NCBI GenBank assembly: GCA_965277405.1
Contig: OZ255726.1
Span: 928,001-992,000, forward strand
Reading direction: 5' to 3'
Length of the DNA stretch: 64,000 nucleotides
Source: Gammaproteobacteria bacterium
GTDB taxonomy: Bacteria; Pseudomonadota; Gammaproteobacteria; G965277405
Shown: in pieces, positions 19,535-28,935 of the stretch
Numbering within the stretch: position 1 is the first letter of the stretch
Layout of the letters: each line of letters opens with the position of its first letter
Program-made: the position numbers and the translations under genes
The notes under the pieces: generated by a model
Databases searched by the model: none
What the model was told of the DNA's origin: nothing
Seen by the model: only the letters and a program-made list of their open reading frames with translations

Positions 19535-20340
19535 GTGGAACTGATAAAGAAATGATCTTAGGTCTTTGGCAAGGCGTCGGTATCCGCGGTGAGGTGACGT
19601 CGAACATCGAAGACATTCAGCGAATAGCAATACAGGCAGCTGCTGAGGGTGTCGAACTTCTGGTTTTTCCCGAATGTTTTTTGACGGGATACTTAGCGTC
19701 GGCAGATGTAGCAGAGATCGCAGCGCAAGTAGATGGTCTTGTCTTTGATAAATTGGAGAGCATCGCGGATGAATACAACATCGCCTTGGTTGTTGGCTCC
19801 TATGAAGTCTCCACGCGAGGGGTCTATAATGCGGCCTTTGTCGTGCATCCTGGAATAGGATTAGTCGGAATTTATCGAAAACGCATGCTCTATGGCGCTT
19901 GGGAAAAGCGGACATTCCAGCAAGGCACCGAACCGCTGACCTTCAAATGGAAGGGACTAACAGTCGGGGTGTTGATCTGCTTTGATATTGAGTTTCCAGA
20001 GCGCACCAGAGAATTGGCAAACTTAGGAGTCGATTTGATTGTTACACCAACCGCACTGATGGAGCCGTTTGCTAAAATTTCATCGCTTGTTGTCCCAACG
20101 CGGGCGCTGGAAAACGGTATATATGTAGGCTACGCAAACCGGATAGATCGTGAAGAAGAATTTGAATATGTCGGTGGTAGTTGTATTATTGCCCCAGATG
20201 GGACGGATATGGCGCGGGCGGAAAAAGCAACAGCAACGCTGCTGACTGCTAGTATATCAACACAATACCGCGATTTGATAACATCAAAAATCAACTACCT
20301 TGTTGAAGTTTCTCGCGAAAATACGCATGTCATTGATTGA
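19531..20340 (+). CDS. Carbon-nitrogen hydrolase (DavA-like omega-amidase)
   Basis: Triad motifs VFPECFLTGY, YRK, ICFDIEFPE; TRALEN. Confidence 0.88.
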   Translation: MSGTDKEMILGLWQGVGIRGEVTSNIEDIQRIAIQAAAEGVELLVFPECFLTGYLASADVAEIAAQVDGLVFDKLESIADEYNIALVVGSYEVSTRGVYNAAFVVHPGIGLVGIYRKRMLYGAWEKRTFQQGTEPLTFKWKGLTVGVLICFDIEFPERTRELANLGVDLIVTPTALMEPFAKISSLVVPTRALENGIYVGYANRIDREEEFEYVGGSCIIAPDGTDMARAEKATATLLTASISTQYRDLITSKINYLVEVSRENTHVID

Positions 20341-20522
20341 GTATCCCCGCACAATGAAAAATGCAACATCAGGAATGGTTGCTTATCTTTAACAACGAGG
20401 ATATGCGCTAACAACGAGGATATGCGCTAAGCATAAAATTCCACATTCTCCAGCAAGGACTCCTACTGCGGCTGTAGCCCTTAAGATCTGCACCAGTTGA
20501 GAACACCTATCCGGCAACAATA

Positions 20523-20596
20523 ACAACCTTTAATTAGAGGTTGTCAAGCAACAATTATTGCGAGTTTTCTTCTTGTAACTCCTCTAATTTTAGAGG
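20523..20596. promoter_or_regulatory. Pair of palindromic operator-like sites
   Basis: ACAACCTTTAATTAGAGGTTGT and CCTCTAATTTTAGAGG upstream of an extended -10 (TGATATAAT, about 20639). Confidence 0.4.
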
Positions 20597-20713
20597 GGAT
20601 ATCATGATGCCGAAAAAATAAAACATCTATGTAAATTGTGATATAATGTAAACTAAGTGTGTTGGATGTACTGGATGCATAGATGCATCCAAACGAACAA
20701 CAAGGAGAAAAAT

Positions 20714-22297
20714 ATGACCAAAATGCTTAAGCAATCTCTGATTACGTCGATAATTAGCAAGACGGGGCAACAAGATGATAATAATAGCCGCAGTACGCAG
20801 ACAATACTGCTGGGTATTATCGAGTACTTTAACGACCTTCGCGCAGCGCTGTTTGCCGCCGATGTGTTGAAGATACTGTTGGTTTACGGTACATGTTGTG
20901 TTACTCGCTTGGCGGATATGCTCAGGTCTGCGGTTTGCGCCTTGCAATCATCAGCAATTGCCATCAAGCTCGCCAATCAGCGCCTTAATCAGAGCTTCCT
21001 TAGAATACTAGCTATTTCTGCCACAGTATTTGTCACATTGCCGGTTTTGGCAAAGGACACTCCTGTTACTTGGTGGTATGAACGCGCCACCCCTGAGCAA
21101 CAAGCTGCACTGTCGGAACTGATGATTGATAAATTCAATGCTGCTGACAATGGCAACACTCTCACAATCGACTACCGTGGCAACGAATTGGATAAGCAGC
21201 TGCGGATTGCACTTTTATCAGGAACTGGTCCGGATGTAGTCAATACACCTGGTCCGTCTTTCGTGGCAACAATGGCACGCGCTGGGCAATTGCTGGCACT
21301 CGATGATATCGCTGTTAAAAAAGGCTGGAACGACCGAATCCTGCCATTCTTCATGGATTTGGGTCGGTTCGATGGCCATCTGTATGCGCTGCCAAAAACC
21401 TATGAAACACTTGGATTGTTCTACAACAAAAAGGTCATGGCAGAGAATGGCTGGGCGGTACCTACAACTCTTGCAGAACTGACGACAGTTGCCGATGCAA
21501 TGCTGTCTAAAAACATTATCCCATTTGGGTCTGGCAACTCGGACTGGCGTCCAGCCAACGAATTTCAGGTATCAATTGCTCTCAACTCCATCGCTGGTCC
21601 AGACAACATGCAAAAAGCGCTAACAGGTGAGTTGCCGTGGACGGCAGAACCTTTTGCCAAAGCCATCAATACACTAGATAGCTGGTGGAAAAAAGGCTAT
21701 TTTGGACCTGACTACTTCTCACTCACCGGTGATCAGGTCATGGCTAACCTGGCTAATGGTTCTGCTGCGATGGTGCCAACCGGCACATGGAACTTCCAAC
21801 TAGTCCCAGAATATTTTGGCGATCAACTTGACAACATTGGTTTTGTAGGTTTTCCCAGCGGCGAAGGAGTGGCATACCCAATATACGCACTTGGCATTGG
21901 CTCCACACTCTCTATCGCGGCAAAAGCCAACAACCCTGAAGGTGCTGCCAACGTCATTGATTTTATCTTTAGTAAAGGTTTCTATCAGGACATGAACAGT
22001 GTTTGGCAAGGTGAGTGGAACATGCCGCTGCGTGACCTCAGCAACGTAAAACTGAGCGAAGATATCATCCCGCTGTATACGGAATCTATGGCTGCCTTGG
22101 CTGAATCCGTGAATCAAAGTCAATACGGTTACACTACTTGGACGTTCTTCCCTCCTGCAAGCAACTCTTACATTGTGAGTGGCATCGAGCAAGTTTGGCT
22201 GGATGATATTACTACCGAAGAATTCCTCGCAGAACTTGATGATATTTTCAAGCAGGAATTGGCTGAAGGCAAAGTCGCGGATATCCCTGCGCGTTAA
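20714..22297 (+). CDS. Carbohydrate-type ABC substrate-binding protein with a 91-codon in-frame MITE insertion
   Basis: SD AAGGAG, ATG 20714; GPDVV, LYALP, GLFYNK, VPTTLAEL, GTW motifs. Confidence 0.9.
   Translation: MTKMLKQSLITSIISKTGQQDDNNSRSTQTILLGIIEYFNDLRAALFAADVLKILLVYGTCCVTRLADMLRSAVCALQSSAIAIKLANQRLNQSFLRILAISATVFVTLPVLAKDTPVTWWYERATPEQQAALSELMIDKFNAADNGNTLTIDYRGNELDKQLRIALLSGTGPDVVNTPGPSFVATMARAGQLLALDDIAVKKGWNDRILPFFMDLGRFDGHLYALPKTYETLGLFYNKKVMAENGWAVPTTLAELTTVADAMLSKNIIPFGSGNSDWRPANEFQVSIALNSIAGPDNMQKALTGELPWTAEPFAKAINTLDSWWKKGYFGPDYFSLTGDQVMANLANGSAAMVPTGTWNFQLVPEYFGDQLDNIGFVGFPSGEGVAYPIYALGIGSTLSIAAKANNPEGAANVIDFIFSKGFYQDMNSVWQGEWNMPLRDLSNVKLSEDIIPLYTESMAALAESVNQSQYGYTTWTFFPPASNSYIVSGIEQVWLDDITTEEFLAELDDIFKQELAEGKVADIPAR
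20731..20999 (+). mobile_element. Diverged MITE copy, in frame within the signal peptide
   Basis: TTAA-GCAATCTCTGATTACGTC ... GCCTTGCAATCATCAGCAATTGCCATCAA ... CTTAATCAGAGCTTCC-TTAG; 269+4 = 273 bp. Confidence 0.9.
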
Positions 22298-22391
22298 ATC
22301 CTGACTAACAACAATGGTGTGCCAGGCTAGATTATGCCGCAACTATGTTAAAAAATAGTTGAAAAATAGTTAAAAAATACTGAAATTGCCG

Positions 22392-23237
22392 ATGCACCGT
22401 TTGTTTGTTATACCGACATTGCTCATCAGCGTTTCTATCATCATGTTACCAGCAATATTAACCATATTGCTTGCATTCTTAAGATGGGATGGGGTTTCTG
22501 TCCCGCAGTTTATTGGCCTAGAAAATTTTGAGAAACTTTGGAATGATCGTATTTTTTGGCGCTCACTCGCAAATAACTTAAAATGGACAGTTCTGTTTAT
22601 GACGTTTCCCATCATAATCGGCCTTGTCGCTGCCTCTTTGTTGTTGATTGTGAAACGAGGTAAGACATTCTTTCAGGTTATCTACTTTTTGCCAGTCATC
22701 ATTGCGTCCGTGATTACGGCGCGTATTTGGCAAGGTATGATCTACAACCCGCAAACGGGCATTGTGGCATTGCTGAATCGATATGGGTTTGAGTTGAACG
22801 ATCCGCTCGCCCGCATGTCTTCCGCGCTCTACGGCGTGGCTGTGGTTGATCTTTGGCACTGGTGGGGGTTCATTGCGATGATTTTCTTTGCGTCCCTGCG
22901 GCAGGTTCCGACCGAACAGATCGAAGCTGCGCGGATTGATGGGGCTAGCTACTTGCAACAAATGCGCTGGGTGCTGATCCCCGCAATCAAACCAACGATC
23001 ACACTGATGATGATCATGACCGTGATCTGGTCGTTCCTTGTCTTCGATTTCATCTACGTTATGACCCAAGGCGGTCCTGCGTTTTCTAGCGAAGTTCTTT
23101 CAACAATGTCCTATCGCGAGGCGTTTTACGAACTCAAGGTCGGGCGTGCTGCTGCGACTGCGCTAGTAATCAGCCTGTGCGGGGTCGCAGCATCGTTTTT
23201 CTATATCAGACTTCAAGCCAAAGAGGTCGAAGAATGA
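22392..23237 (+). CDS. Carbohydrate ABC permease (UgpA/MalF-like)
   Basis: FIGLENF, EAARIDGA, TQGGP. Confidence 0.9.
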   Translation: MHRLFVIPTLLISVSIIMLPAILTILLAFLRWDGVSVPQFIGLENFEKLWNDRIFWRSLANNLKWTVLFMTFPIIIGLVAASLLLIVKRGKTFFQVIYFLPVIIASVITARIWQGMIYNPQTGIVALLNRYGFELNDPLARMSSALYGVAVVDLWHWWGFIAMIFFASLRQVPTEQIEAARIDGASYLQQMRWVLIPAIKPTITLMMIMTVIWSFLVFDFIYVMTQGGPAFSSEVLSTMSYREAFYELKVGRAAATALVISLCGVAASFFYIRLQAKEVEE

Positions 23238-24067
23238 ATCCCATCGAAAGCCGCTTAACGATGATAATTACCTACATGATATTAAGCATCGCGGCGTTTA
23301 CAGCATTGTTCCCGATAGCATTGATGGTGCTGAACTCACTAAAAACTAACCCAGAAATCACGCTTAATCCGTTGTCATTTCCGGTCACCGCCGCATGGGA
23401 AAACTTCACACGCGCTTGGAAAGGAGCGAATTTCTCGCAAACGTTCTTTAACTCGGCATTACTCGTGTTCATTACGATTGTTTTGGTGATCTCAACGGGG
23501 TCGCTGACAGCATATGTTCTGGCACGCAAAAAAATCAAATCATGGAAAATTCTGAGCGCCTACCTGCTGGCCACGACAACGGCTCCTATTCAGCTATTTA
23601 TGTTCCCGCTGTATTTTGGGTTCGCTAAGCTGGGTATAATCAACAACGTGTTCGCGGTTGCGGTAATTTATTGCGCACTGTATAGCCCGTTTTCAATCAT
23701 GCTTTTGCGGACGTATTTTCTGGCTGTGCCGGTAGAGCTAGAAGATGCAGCTCTCATTGACGGAGCAACTCCATGGCAGGTTTTCTACCGGGTTTATTTG
23801 CCGCTTGTCTGGCCAGGGATACTGACTGTGACGCTGATCATCGGGCTATACACATGGAATGAATTCCTGATCGCAACAACGTTCCTACAAGCATTAGAAT
23901 CAAGAACTGCGGTTGTGTCTTACTTCATGCTCTCCGGGCAATTCCTAAGCGATTGGGGTGAATTAATGGCTGGTGCTCTTTTGGTCGTACTGCCAATCGT
24001 CGTTTTGTTTATCATTCTGCAAAAACGCTTTATCGAAGGCATCACTAGCGGATCCGTTAAGGGCTAA
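23234..24067 (+). CDS. Carbohydrate ABC permease (UgpE/MalG-like)
   Basis: ELEDAALIDGA, WNEF, QKRFIEGITSGSVKG. Confidence 0.9.
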   Translation: MNPIESRLTMIITYMILSIAAFTALFPIALMVLNSLKTNPEITLNPLSFPVTAAWENFTRAWKGANFSQTFFNSALLVFITIVLVISTGSLTAYVLARKKIKSWKILSAYLLATTTAPIQLFMFPLYFGFAKLGIINNVFAVAVIYCALYSPFSIMLLRTYFLAVPVELEDAALIDGATPWQVFYRVYLPLVWPGILTVTLIIGLYTWNEFLIATTFLQALESRTAVVSYFMLSGQFLSDWGELMAGALLVVLPIVVLFIILQKRFIEGITSGSVKG

Positions 24068-24084
24068 AGTTTTAAGAGCTTACA

Positions 24085-26202
24085 ATGATTATGAAATTGC
24101 AAGACGACTATCTTGAACGAGTTTATGCGGGGGTGCTAGGCAAGCTTATCGGGGTCTATCTCGGGCGTCCGTTTGAGGGCTGGAGCTATGAGCGCATCAT
24201 GAAAGAGCTCGGAACGATTAAATACTACGTTCATGAACAACTCGGTGACCCGTTGGTCATTACCGATGATGATATCTCGGGTACATTTACGTTTTTGCGG
24301 GCGCTGGAGGATTATGATCTCTCTGAAAACCTCAAATCAGCAGATATCGGTAAGGCTTGGATGAATTATATTGTTGAAAAACGGTCTATCCTCTGGTGGG
24401 GTGGCAATGGCAATTCAACCGAGCACACCGCTTGGCTGAACCTGCGTAAAGGCATCCTGGCGCCACAAAGTGGTTGTATTGCAACCAACGGTCTGACCGT
24501 GGCTGAACAAATCGGCGCGCAGATTTTTATCGATGGTTGGGCTTTGGTTGCGCCAGGGCAACCAGCATTGGCGGCCAAGTTTGCCAAAGAAGCTGGCAGC
24601 GTGAGTCACGGTGGGGAATCCGTCTTCGCCGCTATGCTGTGGGCTGCGATGGAGAGTGAAGCCTTCCACTCTAAAGATATTGATCACTTGTTGGATACAG
24701 GCCTTTCTTTCATTCCAACCAACAGCGAACTTGCCACGATGATCAGAGATGTTCGCAAATGGAACAGCAAAATCGTCGACTGGCGAGATTGTCGTCAGAA
24801 GATTGCCGATAACTACGGTTACGACAAATACCTTGGTAATTGTCATATTATCCCAAATCATGCGATCATGGTGATGACGATGCTGTATGCGAGAGGGGAT
24901 TTTTCTTTCGCCCAACAGATTATAAACACCTCTGGCTGGGACACAGATTGCAACGCAGGTAACGTTGGCTGCCTCCACGGGATTATGTTGGGTCTCGATG
25001 GTTTGAGTAAGGGTCAAGATTGGCGAGGACCAATTGCTGACCGCATGCTGATCTCGTCTGCTGATGGTGGAAACTCCATTAACGACGCAGTCAAGATGGC
25101 TTACTACATTGCCAACCTCGGCAAGACCCTTGCTGGCGAGACACTGATTGAGTCGCCAAAAGGCGGTGCCCAATATCATTTCTCGCTTCCAGGCGCACAG
25201 CAGGGGTTTCAACTAACCGAACAAACTGGTGGTGATTTTGCTGCGCGCGTACAGGGAACATCGCATCACGGAACTGGGATGCTGGAAATTCGCTTCAATG
25301 GATTATCACTGGGAGGTGAAGTAGTGACAACCACACCAACCTTTGCTCCATTGGATGTTTTGCGGATGAGAACATATGATCTGATGGCAACACCGTTGAT
25401 CTATTCTGGTCAAACTCTTGTCGCTCGTGTCATTTCAGACGAAAACACAAGCGGCAAAATTGTCGTCAAATTGCGCATCCGCCATTACGGCGCAGCGGAC
25501 CAATTGGTTAATGTTGATAGCGACCCAATACACATTATCGCTGGGAACACGGGCGAAGTCAGGTGGCAGCTTCCAGAGTGTGGGTCTCAACCAATCGCAG
25601 CAATTGGTCTTGTTGTATCTAGTGCAGATGGTCGGGTGACGGGTCGAGTATATCTTGACTGGATGGGGTGGACAGGCCCCCCTGAACTCACTCTACGCCG
25701 CCCAAGTGAGCCAAGCGATTTCTGGCATCGTGCGTGGGTGAACGGCGTAGATATTTTCTCCAAACATTTCCCTGAAAGTTTTCACATTTCACAAGATCGT
25801 GGCGCAGGTTTGATCATTCATGGCACACGCCAGTGGACTGACTACAAAGTAACAGCGGATGTCGTCGTACATTTGGGGCGATACGCTGGATTGACCGCAC
25901 GTACACAAGGTTTGCGTAGATTTTACGCAGCACGGATATCCGCAAAAGGACTATTTGAAATAACCCGTAGTTACGATGACGAAATCGAAGTTCTTGCGTC
26001 AGCAGCTTTTGAGTTTAGATTGGATAACTGGGTTTCCATGTTCATGATAGTTCTGGGAACGACAGTCACCGCAGGTGCAGACAAAATAACCCTTACTGTG
26101 GATGACACATCAAATAAAGTTTTGAAGGATGGTGGTATCGGTCTGATGGTGGCTGAAGGAGCAGCGTCAGCAAATATTTTCTATGTAACATCAGAAACTT
26201 AA
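24085..26202 (+). CDS. ADP-ribosylglycohydrolase (DraG/ARH) family protein with C-terminal beta-rich domains
   Basis: GKLIGVYLGRPFEG, TDDD, GWDTDCN..NVG. Confidence 0.8.
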   Translation: MIMKLQDDYLERVYAGVLGKLIGVYLGRPFEGWSYERIMKELGTIKYYVHEQLGDPLVITDDDISGTFTFLRALEDYDLSENLKSADIGKAWMNYIVEKRSILWWGGNGNSTEHTAWLNLRKGILAPQSGCIATNGLTVAEQIGAQIFIDGWALVAPGQPALAAKFAKEAGSVSHGGESVFAAMLWAAMESEAFHSKDIDHLLDTGLSFIPTNSELATMIRDVRKWNSKIVDWRDCRQKIADNYGYDKYLGNCHIIPNHAIMVMTMLYARGDFSFAQQIINTSGWDTDCNAGNVGCLHGIMLGLDGLSKGQDWRGPIADRMLISSADGGNSINDAVKMAYYIANLGKTLAGETLIESPKGGAQYHFSLPGAQQGFQLTEQTGGDFAARVQGTSHHGTGMLEIRFNGLSLGGEVVTTTPTFAPLDVLRMRTYDLMATPLIYSGQTLVARVISDENTSGKIVVKLRIRHYGAADQLVNVDSDPIHIIAGNTGEVRWQLPECGSQPIAAIGLVVSSADGRVTGRVYLDWMGWTGPPELTLRRPSEPSDFWHRAWVNGVDIFSKHFPESFHISQDRGAGLIIHGTRQWTDYKVTADVVVHLGRYAGLTARTQGLRRFYAARISAKGLFEITRSYDDEIEVLASAAFEFRLDNWVSMFMIVLGTTVTAGADKITLTVDDTSNKVLKDGGIGLMVAEGAASANIFYVTSET

Positions 26203-26251
26203 CGCATGACGCGAAAATCATGCATAGAGAATTATTACAAGACGGAGAAAA

Positions 26252-27316
26252 ATGGCAAGCGTTGAAATTAAAAACGTCTTCAAGTATTTTGATGATACAC
26301 AAGTTTTGGAAGACATCTCGGTCAAAATTGAGGATGGAGAATTTCTGGTTCTCGTTGGCCCTTCCGGATGTGGAAAATCGACATTGTTGCGCATGGTTGC
26401 AGGTTTGGAAGACATTACTAGCGGTGAGATTTTGATAAACGCTACGTTGGTAAACAAGCTCCCCCCCAAAGCACGTGATGTGGCTATGGTTTTTCAGAAT
26501 TACGCGTTATATCCGCATTTAACTGTAGCCGAAAATATGGGGTTTTCTTTGATGCTGGCGGGGGCACCAAAATTAGAAAAAGTAAAACGTGTCAACGACG
26601 TCGCAACAATGTTGGGTCTTGCAGATCTGTTGGATCGCAAACCAAAAAATCTGTCAGGCGGGCAAAGACAGCGGGTCGCGATGGGGCGAGCGATCGTTCG
26701 AAAACCGCAGCTGTTTCTGTTTGATGAGCCATTGAGTAACCTCGACGCGAAATTGCGGGTTGCTATGCGCAGCGAGATCAAATCTCTGCACCAAAAAATG
26801 AAGAGCACAGCAATCTACGTGACACATGATCAAGTCGAAGCGATGACGATGGCTGACCGGATTGTTGTAATGAACGAAGGGCGTATTGAGCAAATTGGAC
26901 GCCCTTTGGAACTATACGATAACCCAGTCAACGTTTTCGTTGCTGGTTTTATTGGAACTCCATCGATGAATTTCCTCGCCGCTCGTGTGGATTTGACTGG
27001 CTCAATGCCCAAAGCGACTCTTCCTACAGGGGATGAACTACCGCTGCCAGAATTGAACGGTCTTAGACAAAGCGAAAACATTATCTATGGAATGCGTCCG
27101 GAACATTGTAGCATTGCTGATGCAGGCACAGCTGTTGTAGTCGATGTCATTGAACCTATGGGTGCTGAAACGCAACTCATTCTGAAATTAGGCTATGCGT
27201 CAATCGTAGTTACTATTCGCGATCGTGTTTCCTTACACCATGGAGAAAAAATTAAAATTTTGCCAGATGTGTCGAAAGTAGTGATTTTTAAAGTGGATAC
27301 TGGAACTCGAGTTTAG
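26252..27316 (+). CDS. UgpC/MalK-like ABC ATPase
   Basis: GPSGCGKST, VFQNYALYPH, LSGGQRQRVAMGRAIVR, FDEPLSNLDAKLR. Confidence 0.93.
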   Translation: MASVEIKNVFKYFDDTQVLEDISVKIEDGEFLVLVGPSGCGKSTLLRMVAGLEDITSGEILINATLVNKLPPKARDVAMVFQNYALYPHLTVAENMGFSLMLAGAPKLEKVKRVNDVATMLGLADLLDRKPKNLSGGQRQRVAMGRAIVRKPQLFLFDEPLSNLDAKLRVAMRSEIKSLHQKMKSTAIYVTHDQVEAMTMADRIVVMNEGRIEQIGRPLELYDNPVNVFVAGFIGTPSMNFLAARVDLTGSMPKATLPTGDELPLPELNGLRQSENIIYGMRPEHCSIADAGTAVVVDVIEPMGAETQLILKLGYASIVVTIRDRVSLHHGEKIKILPDVSKVVIFKVDTGTRV

Positions 27317-27454
27317 CAGTGGCTTGGACCTAGTTGACTGAATGACAAATGAGGTAGCGGGTGAATTCAGACAATAATTCGATTTTTACTGCAACATTCG
27401 CAAGCTAATCGACCTCACCCGTTTAACCCCGCCGCCGTCGCTCTTACACAGCGT

Positions 27455-27679
27455 GTAAGGAACAATACAGCAACTATCGCAATTACGGCAAACCATCATA
27501 TATTCAACAGATGAACGGAAAAACCGCTGCGCTGCGTCATTGCAGCACTTGGTAATACCCACAAGACCCACAAGACCCACAAGACCCCCAAGACCCACCA
27601 GTGCTATCTGCGCACTTCGCTTAAGTTTCATCAGTGTTTTTGCTCGGTCTCGCCCATCATCGACTTCATCAGAGCTTCC
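27455..27679 (-). mobile_element. Partial MITE copy with an expanded 9-bp internal repeat
   Basis: Ends CTCGCCCATCATCGACTTCATCAGAGCTTCC-TTAG; about four (CCCACAAGA) units; other terminus not recognisable. Confidence 0.8.
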
Positions 27680-28077
27680 TTAGATGATGCGCGGATGAAT
27701 CATCTCCGCGCGGAGATTGTGCTCAATTTTGCGCCATGCAGCTACATCTAGCAATAATTACTACGTAACTATCACACTTGCCTAGATTCTCTCCATCGCC
27801 GCTACCATCACCGCCCCGAGGAAAAAATTTATGCCGCACCCTAACTATCATAACCAAATACTGAATAGTCATGTCTCGCATCACTATTTGTGTAGACAAA
27901 TACAATAACCAGGGGTTTAACAAACAATGTAAGAAAACGAGCGCACCTTAAATCCTCAACTGTATATTATAATACGTTACAATGCCGCATTCTTACATGG
28001 GTGCTTACATGGGTGCTATTCACCAATTTTATAATTAAGAATTGCACAAGATCACATTTGCCTGCTACCATGCACTC

Positions 28078-28183
28078 GCAGTTCTGCTGGTTTCATCGCG
28101 ACGGAACCCATGAACCCCGTCAGATCAGGAATGAAGCAGCGGTAGTGGTCGTACGTGCGCCGATGGGTTGCTGACAGGGCTGC
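28078..28183 (+). ncRNA. ffs: Signal recognition particle 4.5S RNA
   Basis: Terminal helix GCAGTTCTG/CAGGGCTGC; domain IV GTCAGATCA-GGAA-TGAAGCAGC; TTGCAC...TACCAT promoter upstream. Confidence 0.88.
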
Positions 28184-28239
28184 ACATCAATGTCACTGCA
28201 ACAATAACCAAGCAATAACCATACGCGAGATATACATCT

Positions 28240-28935
28240 ATGCGACAACTCGCGCTGCCGCTCACACACACTTATATCCAAACATTTGAGAACCTTATCA
28301 TTTCTCAAAATATCACGACAATAAGTATTGTTCAGGATCGCATACAAAAAATAATTCAAAGGCAACAGCAACACATTTACATTTGGGGCGTTGCTAACAG
28401 TGGTTGTACCCATGTATTGAAAGCCTGCTGCCAAGTCCTCCTTGGCGAAAATATACACTGTGGCTTCTTTTCGGCTAAAGAAACACTCCATCCACAGCTT
28501 ATCGCCACACATGATTATGATTGCCTAGTAATCGATGATGTCGAGGCAACACTGACGCAGCCAGACGCCCAAGAACAATTAATGCATATTTTTAATGCTG
28601 CTCAAGACAGTGGTTGTAGCTTGTTACTCAGCAGCGCCGCACCACCCAAAAAAATGTCAATTCTACTAGATTTACAAACACGGTTATCGTCGATGCTCAT
28701 AGTGCGCATGCACCCGCTGAACCAAGCTGATTTACAACAATTTATTGAACACTCTAGCCAAGCTCGAGGATTTACCATAGACCACAAAGTAATTAGCTAT
28801 ATACTGAAGCACTGTGACCGCTCTGTTGCAGCACTCCTAGACATCGTAGAGCAACTCGATGTTGCATCACTGCAGCAACAACGAAACATAACCATCCAAC
28901 TAACGAAAGAGGTACTCGATATTGGAACAACCTGA
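28240..28935 (+). CDS. hda: DnaA regulatory inactivator Hda
   Basis: QLALPL clamp-binding motif, TFEN, degenerate Walker A (WGVANSGCTH), DLQTRL. Confidence 0.85.
   Translation: MRQLALPLTHTYIQTFENLIISQNITTISIVQDRIQKIIQRQQQHIYIWGVANSGCTHVLKACCQVLLGENIHCGFFSAKETLHPQLIATHDYDCLVIDDVEATLTQPDAQEQLMHIFNAAQDSGCSLLLSSAAPPKKMSILLDLQTRLSSMLIVRMHPLNQADLQQFIEHSSQARGFTIDHKVISYILKHCDRSVAALLDIVEQLDVASLQQQRNITIQLTKEVLDIGTT

Noticed and set aside
24415-25212. Long antisense ORFs (265 aa here; also 19355, 21800, 29584, 59231)
   Set aside because: They lie opposite well-supported genes and show no recognisable motifs.
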